A program made the position numbers and the translations under genes. The notes under the pieces are model-generated. The model was not told the origin of the DNA. It searched no databases and saw only the letters and a program-made list of their open reading frames with translations. From positions 1 to 46,807 of the forward strand of contig BDIP01000016.1 in the NCBI GenBank assembly GCA_003568945.1: 46,807 nt of DNA. Reading direction: 5' to 3'. Source of the stretch: Kipferlia bialata (lineage: Eukaryota). Of the stretch, positions 1 to 13,136 are shown piece by piece; within the stretch, counting starts at the first letter, position 1, and each line of letters begins with the position of its first letter.

Positions 1-51
<51 letters not shown>
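1..51. repeat. (AT)n microsatellite, intronic
   Basis: Pure AT dinucleotide run at the window start. Similar runs recur in introns, e.g. ~2402-2432, ~25711-25742, ~28269-28293. Confidence 0.95.
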
Positions 52-54
<3 letters not shown>

Positions 55-178
55 AATTAGTATAGTATATTACAGGGACCACTCAGGGTGCTGCTAGGTA
101 TATACCCTTATGAATATATATATATATACATATATATACATATATGATTAAACTATACTATTTTGATATATAACCAAG

Positions 179-2396
179 CCGATGAGGGGCCCCTCAGGGT
201 GCTGCTAGGTAGGCATATACATACCAATATTATACTGTTTCTCTCTCTATCTTTACTAAACCTCACTCCCAGACGTGCATGGTGGCAGAGTATACTTCTC
301 TCTCCTATCCACTTGTGCATGTCATATAGTATATGTGTGTATATGATATAAACATAAGTACCTATATATATTATCTCACTATCAGACGTGCCAGGCGGCA
401 GGGGTGTTGCTAAGAAGATATAGACATACTTAAGTATTATTTGCTATTAGTATATATATACAATATCCATATATATCATACCCTCACCCCCAGACGTGTA
501 TGGCGGCAGGGGTGGGGATGGTGGGTGTATAGTACATTATACATACAAGCCGAGGATACTCTCTTTATATATACTGTCTCACCCCCAGACGTGCATGGCG
601 GCAGGGGTGGGGATGGAGGGTGTGGCGGCACAGGGGGCCAGGGGGGGAAGGGGGGGGACGGTGCAAATGGAGGTGGGGATTGCATATATACTGCACTCTA
701 TACAGCAATACTAATAGTAATATAACACTACTACTATAAATATGCACTATCATGTAAATTATATATTATAATATTCATGTCAATGTCATGTGAATGTAAT
801 TCCCTCACCCCAGTGGATGGTGTTGATGGCCGTGACGGGACCAAGCACAGCATCAACGGAGAGAACGCATCCAGACCCACACCCGGACACCCAGGTATAG
901 ACCCTCTCTCTCTCTCTCCACTTCTAAATGCCTTGTTATACCCATGTGTGTGGATTCATCGTGTTTATGTACCATTCTCACCACCAGCCAAGGACGGCGG
1001 CAGGGGAGGAGACGGTGGTCACGGAGGTGAGTAGGGTATCTGATTAATACCTATATATATATGTATATAATTTTATATGTTAAGTGTACAATGTTTGTTA
1101 GGCAGGGGAGGAGACGGTGGTCACGGAGGTGAGTAGGGTATCTGATTAATACACACTATATATCATACATATATGTATATGTATATAGTGCACTTATAGA
1201 TAAATATGTATAGGGAACACTGTTTGTTTATGCATGGGAGGAAACGGTGGTCACGAAGGTGAGTACATATCCTTGGTATAAGTAGTGATATACATATACA
1301 TAGAGTGGACGTACAACGTATGTATATATATATGTATACATCCACCACAGGCAATGCTGGCCACGGTAATATTCATGTGGTGTTTACAAGAGAGTATCTC
1401 CAACCATACACGATGTGTGTATATATGTGTATAATATATATATAGATATCAACCCCAGGCGATGCTGGCCACGGTGCCCCAGGTGGTGCGGTGGTGATTG
1501 AGGCCAGAGAGTCAGAGACACACCTACTGGCAATGTGCACGTACAACGCAGCCGGTATGCATATACATATCAATATATATGCTCTGAGTATACACATGCT
1601 GCTGTGCGCTAATCCCCAGGTGGTTCAGGTGGCGTCCCCAAAGCAAATAATACCAATAGTGTCTATGATATATATACAATCATATACATATATAAATATG
1701 TATATGTATTGACTGTCTGGACTATGTATCTAACCCCAAGGTGGTGCAGGTGGCGTCAGGGGCGAGGGAGGTGCCGGTGGCAGGGGAGGACCTGGTGGGA
1801 TGGGAGGCACAGGGGGGGCAGGGGCACAGGGTATGTATGAATATAGTGAATTGAACTATATATATATATATATAAACAAATATATACTATATATAATCAT
1901 TGACAGGGCACAGGGGGGGCAGTGGCACAGGGTATGTATGTATATAATGAATTGAACTATATATATGTGTATTTGTGTGTGTATATATGAAGTAAGAGGG
2001 AATCATTGACAGGGCACAGGGTATGTTTGTATACATATATGTGTAGTTTGAGAGACATTAATTGATCGAAGAGAGGAAGAGATGACACAGGGTGATTGTC
2101 TCTCTCTCCCCTTCCCTTTGGAGTATGCATGTATTGTTTCCTCTTTGGTATGTTTACACACATGTATAGACACACTTACACTCAGGTGGTGCCCCCTGCA
2201 GACTGACCACCCACTATATATATGTCTCTCTCTCTCTCTAACTCCCTCTCTTCCACTAGTCTTATGTACCCATTGATACACACGTCATACCGATACTGAT
2301 ACGTAGGTGGTGCCCCCTGCAGACTGACCACCCACCACGGGGACGGCAGGACAACAGTCAAGACAGGTATGTGCACACACATATATGTATACGGTA

Positions 2397-2442
<46 letters not shown>

Positions 2443-4733
2443 CATATTACATATATGAAGCTTAGAGAGATATACAGGTTACTCAGATGATACTTGCAAC
2501 AGTCAAGACAGGTATGCATGTTCATAAAGATTTATACTGGTTCTTCCATACCATTCATATTCATATTATATGTTCAAGATAGGTTTGAAGGAGAGTTAGG
2601 TTAGTATGCTGTTTCAAGTAAAGATATCACATTCTTACTTACCCCCAGGCAGGAGGGGCAAGTCCTACCCAGCCGCACCTGATGGAGCAGACGGGCTAGG
2701 TATTCTACACTATATAGTATATATAAACTCTATACCATAAACTCTACCTACACCACTATACCAGGTACCATACAGCATACTGTCGCTGTATGGTCTTCTG
2801 CTATCTGGTATCTGTGGCACTGTAAGCATCTGATATATGTATGTATATACCTAACACCAGACGGTGACCCCGGTGAGCATGGCAACTCAGGACTACACGG
2901 AAGGGACGCACCAGGTGAGACTTTCTTGGTATATATGAATGTATGAGTATAGATCTCTGTGTATATAAGTATATGTGTATAATACACTTCCATTGTAGGA
3001 GTTCTCTGTCTAGCCTTTATAGAATAGAATAGTCCCAATAGTCATATACCTTCATTCCTCACCCCCAGGTGGCACTGCTCTATTCTGTTCAGAGTACTAT
3101 TAAATATAGGGAGTGGAATAGTTTCAATATATATATACCTTCAATACCCACCCCCAGGTGGCACTGTCTTGTTCAGAGTGCTGCCAGACTCGGCCAGTGC
3201 AGACCCCACACAGGTAGATGGTACACATGTATAGTACACATATAAATGAATACTCATTATTCATATTCTTCATTAATATATATACATAGATATATTTATT
3301 GTTTTTGTGTGTGTATATGCATCAGTTTGTATGTCTCATCACTAACACCCAGGACAAGGAGCCTGTCCAGCCCCTACTTGTCTCCAACACCATGTACCAC
3401 CCAGCGGTGCTGTCGTGCTCTCTCATGGACGCCGAGAAGGTATGGAGATACATTCATATATATATATATATATAGTCTCTATTGTATCTAGAATATCTAA
3501 TATATACCTATATCCAGCTGTGATATCGTGCTCTCTCATGGATGCTGAGAAGGTGTGTGTGTTTATATATATAGAATATATGTCAGAATATATATAGTCA
3601 GAATATGTATACTTGAATATATGTGATAGTATGAATATACTGTTATATACACACATTACATATCATATATACGTATATATTTGTGTATATACATATGTGC
3701 TGATGGATGCAGAGAAGGTATATGTATACCATTATATACATACACTAAACTGGTCACTGACTGAGGACATAATATGTCACTGACCCCAGGTACCCACAAT
3801 GTCTGACGTATATATCCATATATTCCTCCCTGACACCTAGGATGGGGTGATCGAGCCCAACATATTTCTATAATATCTAACGTATATAATGAATTCCTAT
3901 ACATCTAACGGATTCCTATATGTCTAACATATATATCCAGCATATATAATGGATTTCGATACATCTAACCCCAGGACGGAGTGGTTGAGCCCAACTCCGA
4001 TGTGTTTGTGGGTGACATCGAGGTCAAGAACTGCGGTGGCCTACCCACGCCACTCAAGTGAGTGATGTACAGATATGCCATATATGTAAATATGAATATG
4101 TATCCTCTATCTCTCACTCAAGTGAGTCATGGTTCATTGTGGTATATGACCCTATTCAATTATACCCCAGCATATATATATATATGTATCTTCTATCTCC
4201 CACCCAGGCACTGTCCCAACAACCTGGACAAGTATACCATACCCTATACCCTGTATTTATACATACATAAATGTACCTTCTGTATCCAACCCCAGGCACT
4301 GTTCCATCAACCAGACCAAATACACCTTTGCCATATATGGGTATATATATCCCATCTCTCTGGGATAGATGATATATCTCTCACCCCAGGCACTGTTCCA
4401 TCAACCTGGACACAGTGGCCAGGGGCGCAGTGGCAGGTACTATAGTATAACTTGAATGATAACCATATATGGAATCATACACTATCATATACATACAATG
4501 ATACATTCATCTTGGCTGGACACAGTGGCCAGGGGCGCAGTGGCAGGTAATACAGTATATACATACATACACGTTGTAATTGTATCACTGTCAGTAGTAG
4601 TATATAGTGACCCCAGTCCCCGGGGACATTGGCATGTACTCTACTATCCATATATATATAAATTTCTTCACTAAATATAGAGGTACTGACCCCAGGCCCC
4701 GATGATATTTATAGATATGGATATGTATACATG

Positions 4734-4773
<40 letters not shown>

Positions 4774-7700
4774 ACCCCAGGTCCCGATGAGGAGGATGTC
4801 ACAGTGCGTGATGGAGGGTACCAGCTGCCACAGCTGGCACCTCAGGTGGGAATACTATCTCTCTCTCTATCTCGTTATCTACATTCTTCAACTCACTAAA
4901 CTACTGTACTAGTATGTGTGTCTCATACCCTGTGCATCACTGTTGTCAACCCCCATCTACTCATTCTTCTTTTCTCCTTAACCAATATATCCATCGATCT
5001 TACACATATTGGTTAGTGTCTCATACCCAGGACACCACCCTTATCAACCCCATCGATGTCCACACCACCTATGCCGATCTGGCCAAGCACCCGGAGCTGG
5101 AGAAGCTCACAATCCACACAAAGGTTTGGTAATTGTTCACTCTATTCCTGTCACTAATCTACCACTATTTAGAATACTCTTAATAGTATATGTGGTATGT
5201 GTGTGATATGTGTGACACGTGTGTCTCACTATCAGGATGCCCCTGAGACCAACCTTGTGCTGTCCTACGCCACCTACCAGGACCTGTTGGCCACAAGGAG
5301 GTATGTCATTAATATATATATATAGATGTTACTACTAATTTTAGACTCTTTCATTGTTGCAACAAGGAGGTATGATGTGGTAGACTGCTTACTCACTCTC
5401 TTTAGATCGGTGTAGGAGTATATATATTAAACATTATATATGCACTCACCCTCAGGAGTGTGATGACATGGGAGAGACTATACATATCCTATACATATAC
5501 TATACATATACTATACATATACTATACATATACTATACATATACTATACTAGGAGTATATGTATTATCACTATATACGCACTCACCCTCAGGAGTGTGCA
5601 TGACATGGGCGTGACTGCCTATGTCAAGCCCTACCAGACTGCAGTCTACCTGCAGGCCAGGTACTTCCATACACATGCATATATCTATACACAGTGTTCA
5701 ACCTAGCAGGGCACTCACCCGTCAGGGGCAGGGAGATGTACAGATCCAGGATGGACCTCGACTATGACGCAAGGTGGCCTCTGAAGCTGACCCGTCTGGA
5801 CCACACTTCTGTCAAGCTTGGTACGGCAATATGTATATATGGAAGTATATATATATAGAGAGAGAGAGGGAGATAACCACCCACCCCAGGCATGGGCACT
5901 CTCTTTGACATCTCCATGGATGTTGAGAATGTCTCCAGAGTGCCCCTAGAGGGAGACGAGTCTGCCAGTGGGAGCGATGACCTCAACAACTACGTGGACC
6001 TTGTCCTCCCGTGGAATGTGTCCGCTGTCACTGTGGGTAACAGCGAGACCAAGGTAGTATGCAGCTGTATAGTGTACTTAGACTTACACACTTTCAGACA
6101 CCAAGATTGATCTACATGTGTGCTGTTATGCATGTACCCTTACTCATATACTGATATGCAGGTGGTCCCGGTTGGGGTGCCGAACTCAGAGGGCGCCGTC
6201 AACATCCAGGTAAAGAGGCTTATCTCATAAGCACCATGTGTATTTGTGCATTCCTAACCCTTCAGCAGCACCTGATCCCCCGCCAGTCTGGTACTGATAA
6301 GTACTCACCTGACTCCATCCCAGCACGTGTGGCTGGTGCCCCAGCTGTGCCACTGGCACACGGGTACAGGGTGTACCTCCCAAAGGTATATATACATATA
6401 CATAGCTGATATACAGTGTGATCCTGATATATTTTTATGCTGACATATTCATTACTACACTGGGTGTATCTGCCAAAGGTAAATTTACTAATTCATAGTT
6501 ATTGTATGCTGATGTTACTTCTTACCCCAAGGTTGACGCCCTCTCCACCGAGAGGCTCTCCCTGACCCTCTCTGTCGACTGTGCCATCGACCCCTACCTG
6601 GACATACCAGTCCAGGCCAGGATGTACTACCACGGGAGGTATGTAATACATATAATATATGTATACATACTATGTATACGTAATATGTATACATACCATG
6701 TATACGTTGGTAAATTATTGATTTTGTGACCGAGTCCAGGCTACCACGGGAGGTATGTATGCAGGGGTCTAATACGGATACATTTATATGTGTGGTTTTT
6801 GTTTGTATTTATTGCCCTTACCCTTCAGGTGCATCCAGACCTACGGTGCCCTCATCATCGTGGCCCCCCAGTACACACACACACAGAGGGGACTGGTCGT
6901 GGCAGACAGCACAATGTCTAGGAGGTAGGGTGTATATACATGTATACTTATATATGTATACCTTAATGTATGTATATCAAGAGAAGGGACTGGCCGTGGC
7001 AGACAGCACCATGTCTAGGAGGTATGAATAGCAATAGAATAGTAGATACTACACAACATACACACATTGGTTATATGACTGTTGTAGGCAGACAGCACAA
7101 TCTTTATGAGGTGAGGCTGTTCATATCTGTCATATATGAATATACATACAGAGGATACTTGTTCAGAGAGGGGCAGACAGCACAATGTCTAGGAGGTATC
7201 ATATACACGGTAGATTGCATTCTTCAGGTCTATTATCCACCTCACCTTAGGACCTACCTTGGTCTCACCCACTCCCTCCAGGAGATGAACCAGCCATGCG
7301 ACGTGTTTGATGCAGAGCTCTACAAGGTATATTGATACATGCTCCTACCGGTACGTATATGTGGATGGTGGTACCATTTCTTACCTCCAGGGAATCTCCT
7401 GGAACAAGCCCCTGAGACAGCAAGGCATGCCAGAGGTACAGGGGGTACTATGTATATTGTATATGATAAATAGTTGTATGTAATCTCTGATTTTCTCAGA
7501 GTGTATATACATATTGATTCTACTCCTCAGGACAGTCCCCAGGATAAGAGTCTACATGAATATATATGAATGTGTACTAATCTCAGGACAGTGACGAGGT
7601 CGAGGAGGCCGGCTGGGCTGGGCAGTACAGAGAGGGACTCACAGTGTTGATGGCAGGTATATATATATATTTATATATATTCAGGTGCCACATGTGATAT

Positions 7701-8915
7701 ATGTGTATATATACATGTATATATACATGTATATACCTATCATGCATGATACATGCATATACCTATCCCTTAGTGTATACTCGCCGTGTTGATGGCAGCT
7801 GTCGCATGTGATAACCATTTATGTATGTATCTATATTGTTATGTAATGTATATTCCCTATATATTTAACCGTGTTGATGGCAGACACCACCACATGTAGT
7901 CACTCTCTATCTATCTCCATACAAATATATCTACACAATATTTCATTTCTTCTTACATTCCAGAGGGCCAGGACTCCGTTGTTCAGGACGGCCGGGTACC
8001 CGTTGCCAGTCTGGCCCCTGTCGACCCACCCCTCAACTTCGCCAAGCGCACCCACACCCTGTCTGACGACCTTGCCCCATCCCACTTCCTCTCCCACTTC
8101 TACCCATCCAGTGTGGAGGGAGGGATGCCACCTGCACTCGAGTGTGGCACAAAGTACCCGCCAAAGGTATGGTGTAGAAGGTGTAGAAAACACCGTACGT
8201 GTCTTCCCCTTTATTGCAATGTTGCAATATGGTATACACTCACCTCCCAGGGTGTGGAGGCCGAGGGTGCTCGTGCTGACTCTGCCCTACTGGTAGTGGC
8301 ACCCAGCGTTGGTCATGCACAGGCAGACTTCCACGGGTAAGGGTAGCTGTATAGTAGGTTCATCATACACACGTGCACTCTGATGTACTGGGTATGTATA
8401 TGTCTGACCCCAGGTTTGTCAGGCGTCACCATGAGAACATGGGCACACTCACTGGAGTCTCGAGGTTCCCAGGTACGCACTAATAGTATACTGATACACA
8501 GAGTGTACTATCTACTCCACGACTGTGTGATATCATATCTCTATATCGCAGGAGTCTCGAGGTTCCCAGGTACGCACTACTTATACCAATATTCTAGTGT
8601 TCTAGTATATAGACTTAGTGTATTGGTGGTATAGGCCATCTCTCACCCAGCAGGGATGATGAGTGGGTAGTTGAAACACTTGGTACATATTTTGCAATGT
8701 TGGTGGTATCAAGCGGTATCCATATATGTATATACACTCTTCTAACACCCAGGTGGCATGATGAGCAGGGAGTGCGACATGGAGAGCAGACTGATCGACA
8801 AGGCAGGGTCTGTGGTGGATAGCGCCATCGAGACTGAGACACCCCCCACCAAGACAATGAGGCCATACCCTGCCGCACCTGCCATGCCCAGTCCCATGGC
8901 TATGGAGGTATGTAT

Positions 8916-8950
<35 letters not shown>

Positions 8951-11900
8951 GGAGGTGTACTAGATATATCCATAGGCACCTGCCATGCCCAGTCCCATGG
9001 CCATGGAGGTATGTATATGTATNNNNNNNNNNNNNNNNNNNNNNNNNNNNNNNNNNNNNNNNNNNNNNNNNATGTATATATACATACACACATATATATA
9101 TATAGGTGTACTCGATATATCCATAGTCACCTGCCATGCCCAGCCCCATGGTCATGGAGGTATCTATATACAATATACATACATGTATATTGTATAGATA
9201 TACATAAGTATGAATACAGTGTTGGTCCCATGGATATGTATGTTGGTATCTGTAAATTTCTCTCTCTTACCACACATTACATATATTTGTATACATATTC
9301 TATGACTAACCCTAGGACGCCCTTGCTGCCCCCGATGCAACACAGCATACTTTCATAAATGTAGTATATACCATACGGATGTATGTATATAGAATATGAG
9401 GTACAATTATCTGCTGACACCAGGAGGCCCTTGCCGCCCCCGTTGCCCCCGGTGAGGCAGTGGCAGTGGGAGAGGTCACTGCATTCAGCATGACACTGGG
9501 GTGCATGGCAGGTGATAGTGTAGAATCTACACTGTAGATGATATATATATACTATTGTTATATGTTATTATATCCTAATACCATTCAGCATGACACTGGG
9601 GTGCATGGCAGGTGTGTGAGAAGAGTACAAGTATTACTGCACATACATATTTATAGACATACCATCCACTCTTACACCAGGTGGCTGTTCCATGTACAAT
9701 AAGCTGAAGTCTTCATGTATACGTGTGTGTTTGTGTGTTGTATAGCCTCACCCCAGGCGGCTGCTCCAAGTACAATATGGAGAAGTATTCATGTATAAGT
9801 TTATGTGTGCTGTATAGCCTCACCCCAGGCGGCTGCTCCAAGTACAGCCAGATGGACAGAGAGGCCAGGCTCAAGATGGCCAGAGACCACATCACCAACG
9901 AGCTGGCTAGGAGGGACAAGAAGACACCAGGGTGCGTGTGGTGCATATGGTTCAGTGTATGTGTTTTCTCCTCCTTAACTCTCACCCCAGCTTCTACCAC
10001 ACTGCTGTCATCGATGGATCTAGTGTGCTAGAGGGAGAGGTCGGGTGTAAGGCACTGCCCTTAGGTGAGTGAAGGACGTCATATATACTGGTTTATCCAT
10101 CATTTTGTATGCGATTCTAGGTCACGAAGTTATAGTATGTAGAGAGTCTGCATACGGGCAGCTAACCCCAGGCAATGCGGCCATCTACAGACAGGCCGTG
10201 CCCACTCTGTCCAGGGTGTATGCATGTGCCAGATCCACTCTCGACGACAGGGACAAGACAAGGCTCACAATGCTCAGGGTGCTGCCAACCCACCAGGTAT
10301 ACATATAGTCACTATACAATATAGTGTATACATACATATATATAGTCACTATATAATATAGTGTATACATACACTGGAAGTCGTGTACACTATTTGCAGT
10401 ATATGGCGGTAATCAGTGTATGACCCACTCACCCCCAGTCCCTTCAGGCCGTGTGCTCTCTATTGGTTGCCAATGCTGCTGCCAACCAGCCCAGACTCAC
10501 ATTCACCACAGTCCCATCTGTGTGTGAGGGAGACGAGGTGGAGGTAGGACAAGTGATCATATGTTTATTGTCTTCCTCGCCTCCTTCCTGTCTCTCCCAT
10601 CAAGGTATCAGTTATTCGTATGGATAACATGAGAATGTATCCACTCTCTCTTCGTTTCTCTCACATTCCAGATGTCTGTCGAAGACGTGTTCGGAGCTGT
10701 CCTACTCGCCGATATGCAGGTACAGATAAGATGAATGTTTGCTGTGATATGAATATACTATCATTTCACATATCATCCTTATGTTGGTCAGATATACAGG
10801 TACAGTATTGAACATTACAACACTTATCTCTATATCAGCTCAATTTGTGTCTTCGATTGTATTGGTTACACAATACCAATCCTCACCTCAGGATGAGCTG
10901 AAGGTTGTTGTATATGATAAGAATCGCTGTTACTAGTATTGTATAACTATCAATAGTCTGACCCCCTCAGGATGAGCTGAAGGTTGTTGTATATGATATT
11001 ATACTTATCTAACTATTTATCTGAATATGGTAAGAATTGCTGTTACTAGTATATGTGACTATCAATAGTCTGACCCCCTTAGGATGAGCTGAGGGTTGTT
11101 GTCAAGACCGGCCCAGCCGATGGGGCCAAGGAACTGCACGCACAGTACCAGAGTGACATGGCTGCATACAACGAGGTATAAAGTAAATGATGATATTTAT
11201 GTATATATTTACATGTGACATACATGTATCATTCAATGAGGTGTGTGTGACAAGTTCAATAGTATTTATTCTCACGAGTTCTTGTATACGTGTGTGAAGC
11301 ATTGTATACTATATCCAACACGCTGACTCTAAATACCAGGCCTCTCTTGCCGAGGGTGATGTAGATGCTCCTGAGGAGCACGAGGGAGAGGGAGAGGCAG
11401 ACAGTGAGGAGGACAAGAAGTCCAGCAAGACCCCCGTCCCCCCTTCCTACCCCAGTATCGGACATGCCGACGGGGTCTCATGGTGCCCGGTCAAGCTGAT
11501 TCAGGTACAGGCACAATAACACCATATAGTGATATATTGATGACTTCAATGATACCTTAGCTACATGTACTGAGAGGACATGTATAATGGTGCCTAGTCA
11601 AGCTGATTCAGGTACATATACCAATAAGGACACATGAATGAATACAAATATGCTATACTGACGTAGTGACATGTCTAGCTGGTATATGTACCCATTCCAA
11701 GCAGGATGAAGCAGGATTACGTATACACACACACACACCCATCCTTACCTCCCAGGTCCTGAGTGCCATGGAGGTTGCCACCATCGCTGCCTCCCTCCCC
11801 AGCCTTCTGGTGCCCATGGTGGGGGCACTCGTCACTGCTAAGAAGGCGTGCTCAGGTATGGACCTCACATTTTGTATATGTAGTATACGTCGCATACATT

Positions 11901-12359
11901 ATATATATATAGTACATATATTCTATTTGGTGTATGTGCACTCTTTGATACCCTCCCACCCCCCAGGCAAGGCCAAGCTCTACAAGGGCTGCATCGACGA
12001 CTGTCTCTCGCTGCTGCACACTCTCTACCGCTCTGCACCCCAGGACGAGGAGAGACCCAGCTGTGAGTGGCTGTATGAGAGCGGGGTCAGGGAGAAGCCT
12101 GTGGTGAAGGGCGGCTTCTGCTCCCCCGCTGTGCAGGGCCAGAGTGCAACAGGGGAGGTGGTGCAGGGCACGTGGCAGACAGTGCTCAAGGAGGGCAAGA
12201 GGAGGATGGACCCCAGGTGTGTATGCATGTATATATATATGTGTGTGTGTGTGGTTGCTAACATGTAGGTACACCCCTGCGTACAGTGACCTCAACCCTG
12301 AGCTGGTACACCTTCTGCAGCAGGTCAGTGCCGCTGACCTCGTTGTGTTCAGGGAGTAG
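179..12359 (+). CDS. Large uncharacterised protein, ~40 exons, 5'-partial. Gly-rich N-terminal region followed by globular domains; resembles DUF7932-type fungal Gly-rich proteins (recalled, unverified)
   Basis: Exons join in phase at GT/AG sites wherever traced (fully to ~6.6 kb, plus the last exon; others only located by splice signals): 179-208 ADEGPLRVLL; 589-672 DVHGGRGGDGGCGGTGGQGGKGGDGANG; 814-894 VDGVDGRDGTKHSINGENASRPTPGHP; 1459.. GDAGHGAPGGAVVIEARESETHLLAMCTYNAA; 3975.. DGVVEPNSDVFVGDIEVKNCGGLPTPLK; 5726.. YDARWPLKLTRLDHTSVKL; 5890.. MGTLFDISMDVENVSRVPLEG; last exon 12269-12359 ...VSAADLVVFRE-TAG. The start codon lies upstream of the window. Confidence 0.8.
262..672 (+). repeat. Three upstream decoy copies of the acceptor plus exon start (273, 386, 494) before the true exon at 589
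   Basis: ctcac...cag|ACGTG(C/T).. occurs four times. The exon-matching part lengthens toward the real exon. Confidence 0.85.
9023..9071. other. Assembly gap (N run) within an intron
   Basis: Ns lie between duplicated donor copies (cacctgccatgcccag..ccatgg.catggaggta). Confidence 0.99.
10882..11101 (+). repeat. Tandem triplication of intron end + acceptor + exon start
   Basis: ag|GATGAGCTGA(A/G)GGTTGTTGT at 10892, 10971 and 11083 (true exon). The intronic tract gctgttactagtat...actatcaatagtctgacccc is repeated too. Confidence 0.9.
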
Positions 12360-12364
12360 AACAG

Positions 12365-12414
12365 AGGGAGAGGGGGGGGGGGGGGGGGGGAGAGAGAGAG
12401 AGAGGGGGGGGGGG
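12365..12414. repeat. Poly-G/(GA)n low-complexity tract just after the stop of gene 1
   Basis: G homopolymers flanking a (GA)n run. Confidence 0.9.
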
Positions 12415-12670
12415 TAACACCGATACAGGGGTATAACATTTAATGTGTAAATCACACATGTGTCTGAGTGACAGAGATAATTAGTAGGTTGCATGGGCAA
12501 TGGCCACCAATACAGCATATGTTGACAAGTCCCCACAGTCCTGATTCAGCCCTTAAACACTCCCATATGTCAGTATACTACTACATACACACATATCCAT
12601 CCTACCAGTACGTACATCCACAGAACACTACCCATTCGATCACGGACAGGCATTGGAAAGGAGAGTGAAT

Positions 12671-12995
12671 CAGGGTTTCGCAAATTAGAAATAAGTCTTG
12701 TGATTAGTGATCACAAATCCTTAAGAACTTTGCTATTAGTTATTAATGTTATTAGAAGTTAGCTTAATAGCAGAGATAAACCCTTTAGTTCACCAGAATA
12801 TGCAATATACAGCCTGATTTAGCAGAAATATCCTCGATTTAAGGTAAATCAAGTGGATATACCCCTAAATCAGGTAGATATTTTTGCCTTAATCACATCT
12901 TAATCACAAGGATTTACGTCGCTGTGATCACGTTATTAAGACCCCTAATAGCAACTCACTATTCCTAGCAAAATCACACAAAAACAGCAACCCTG
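12671..12995. mobile_element. Non-autonomous hAT-superfamily MITE, 325 bp
   Basis: Terminal inverted repeats CAGGGTT (12671-12677) and AACCCTG (12989-12995), flanked by an exact 8-bp direct repeat GAGTGAAT (12663-12670, 12996-13003). AT-rich non-coding interior. An 8-bp TSD with CAGGG-starting TIRs is typical of hAT elements. Confidence 0.8.
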
Positions 12996-13136
12996 GAGTG
13001 AATGACGCCGAGTCTGAGCCAAAAGGGTGTAGTAAACAAATTGTGTTTTCGCTGGTTACTGAAAGGGTGTAGCGAAGCCTTAACTGAAATTGTCATTGTC
13101 ATCGTAACACGGTGGGTAATTAGAGTATTTATATAT

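Noticed and set aside
589..2915. Collagen or mycobacterial PE_PGRS assignment
   Set aside because: No long strict Gly-X-Y Pro-rich run and no PE domain; the context is a spliced eukaryotic gene.
262..11632. Repeat-spacer-like pattern suggesting CRISPR or DGR template/variable repeats
   Set aside because: Each repeat is local and equals an adjacent exon edge. Spacing is irregular, and no cas or reverse transcriptase gene is present.
12365..12414. Functional G-quadruplex or terminator
   Set aside because: Homopolymer tract of doubtful accuracy with no supporting evidence.
163..12668. Numerous short Tyr/Ile/His/Cys-rich ORFs on both strands
   Set aside because: They are translations of (TA)n/(CA)n intron sequence or antisense shadows of exons.
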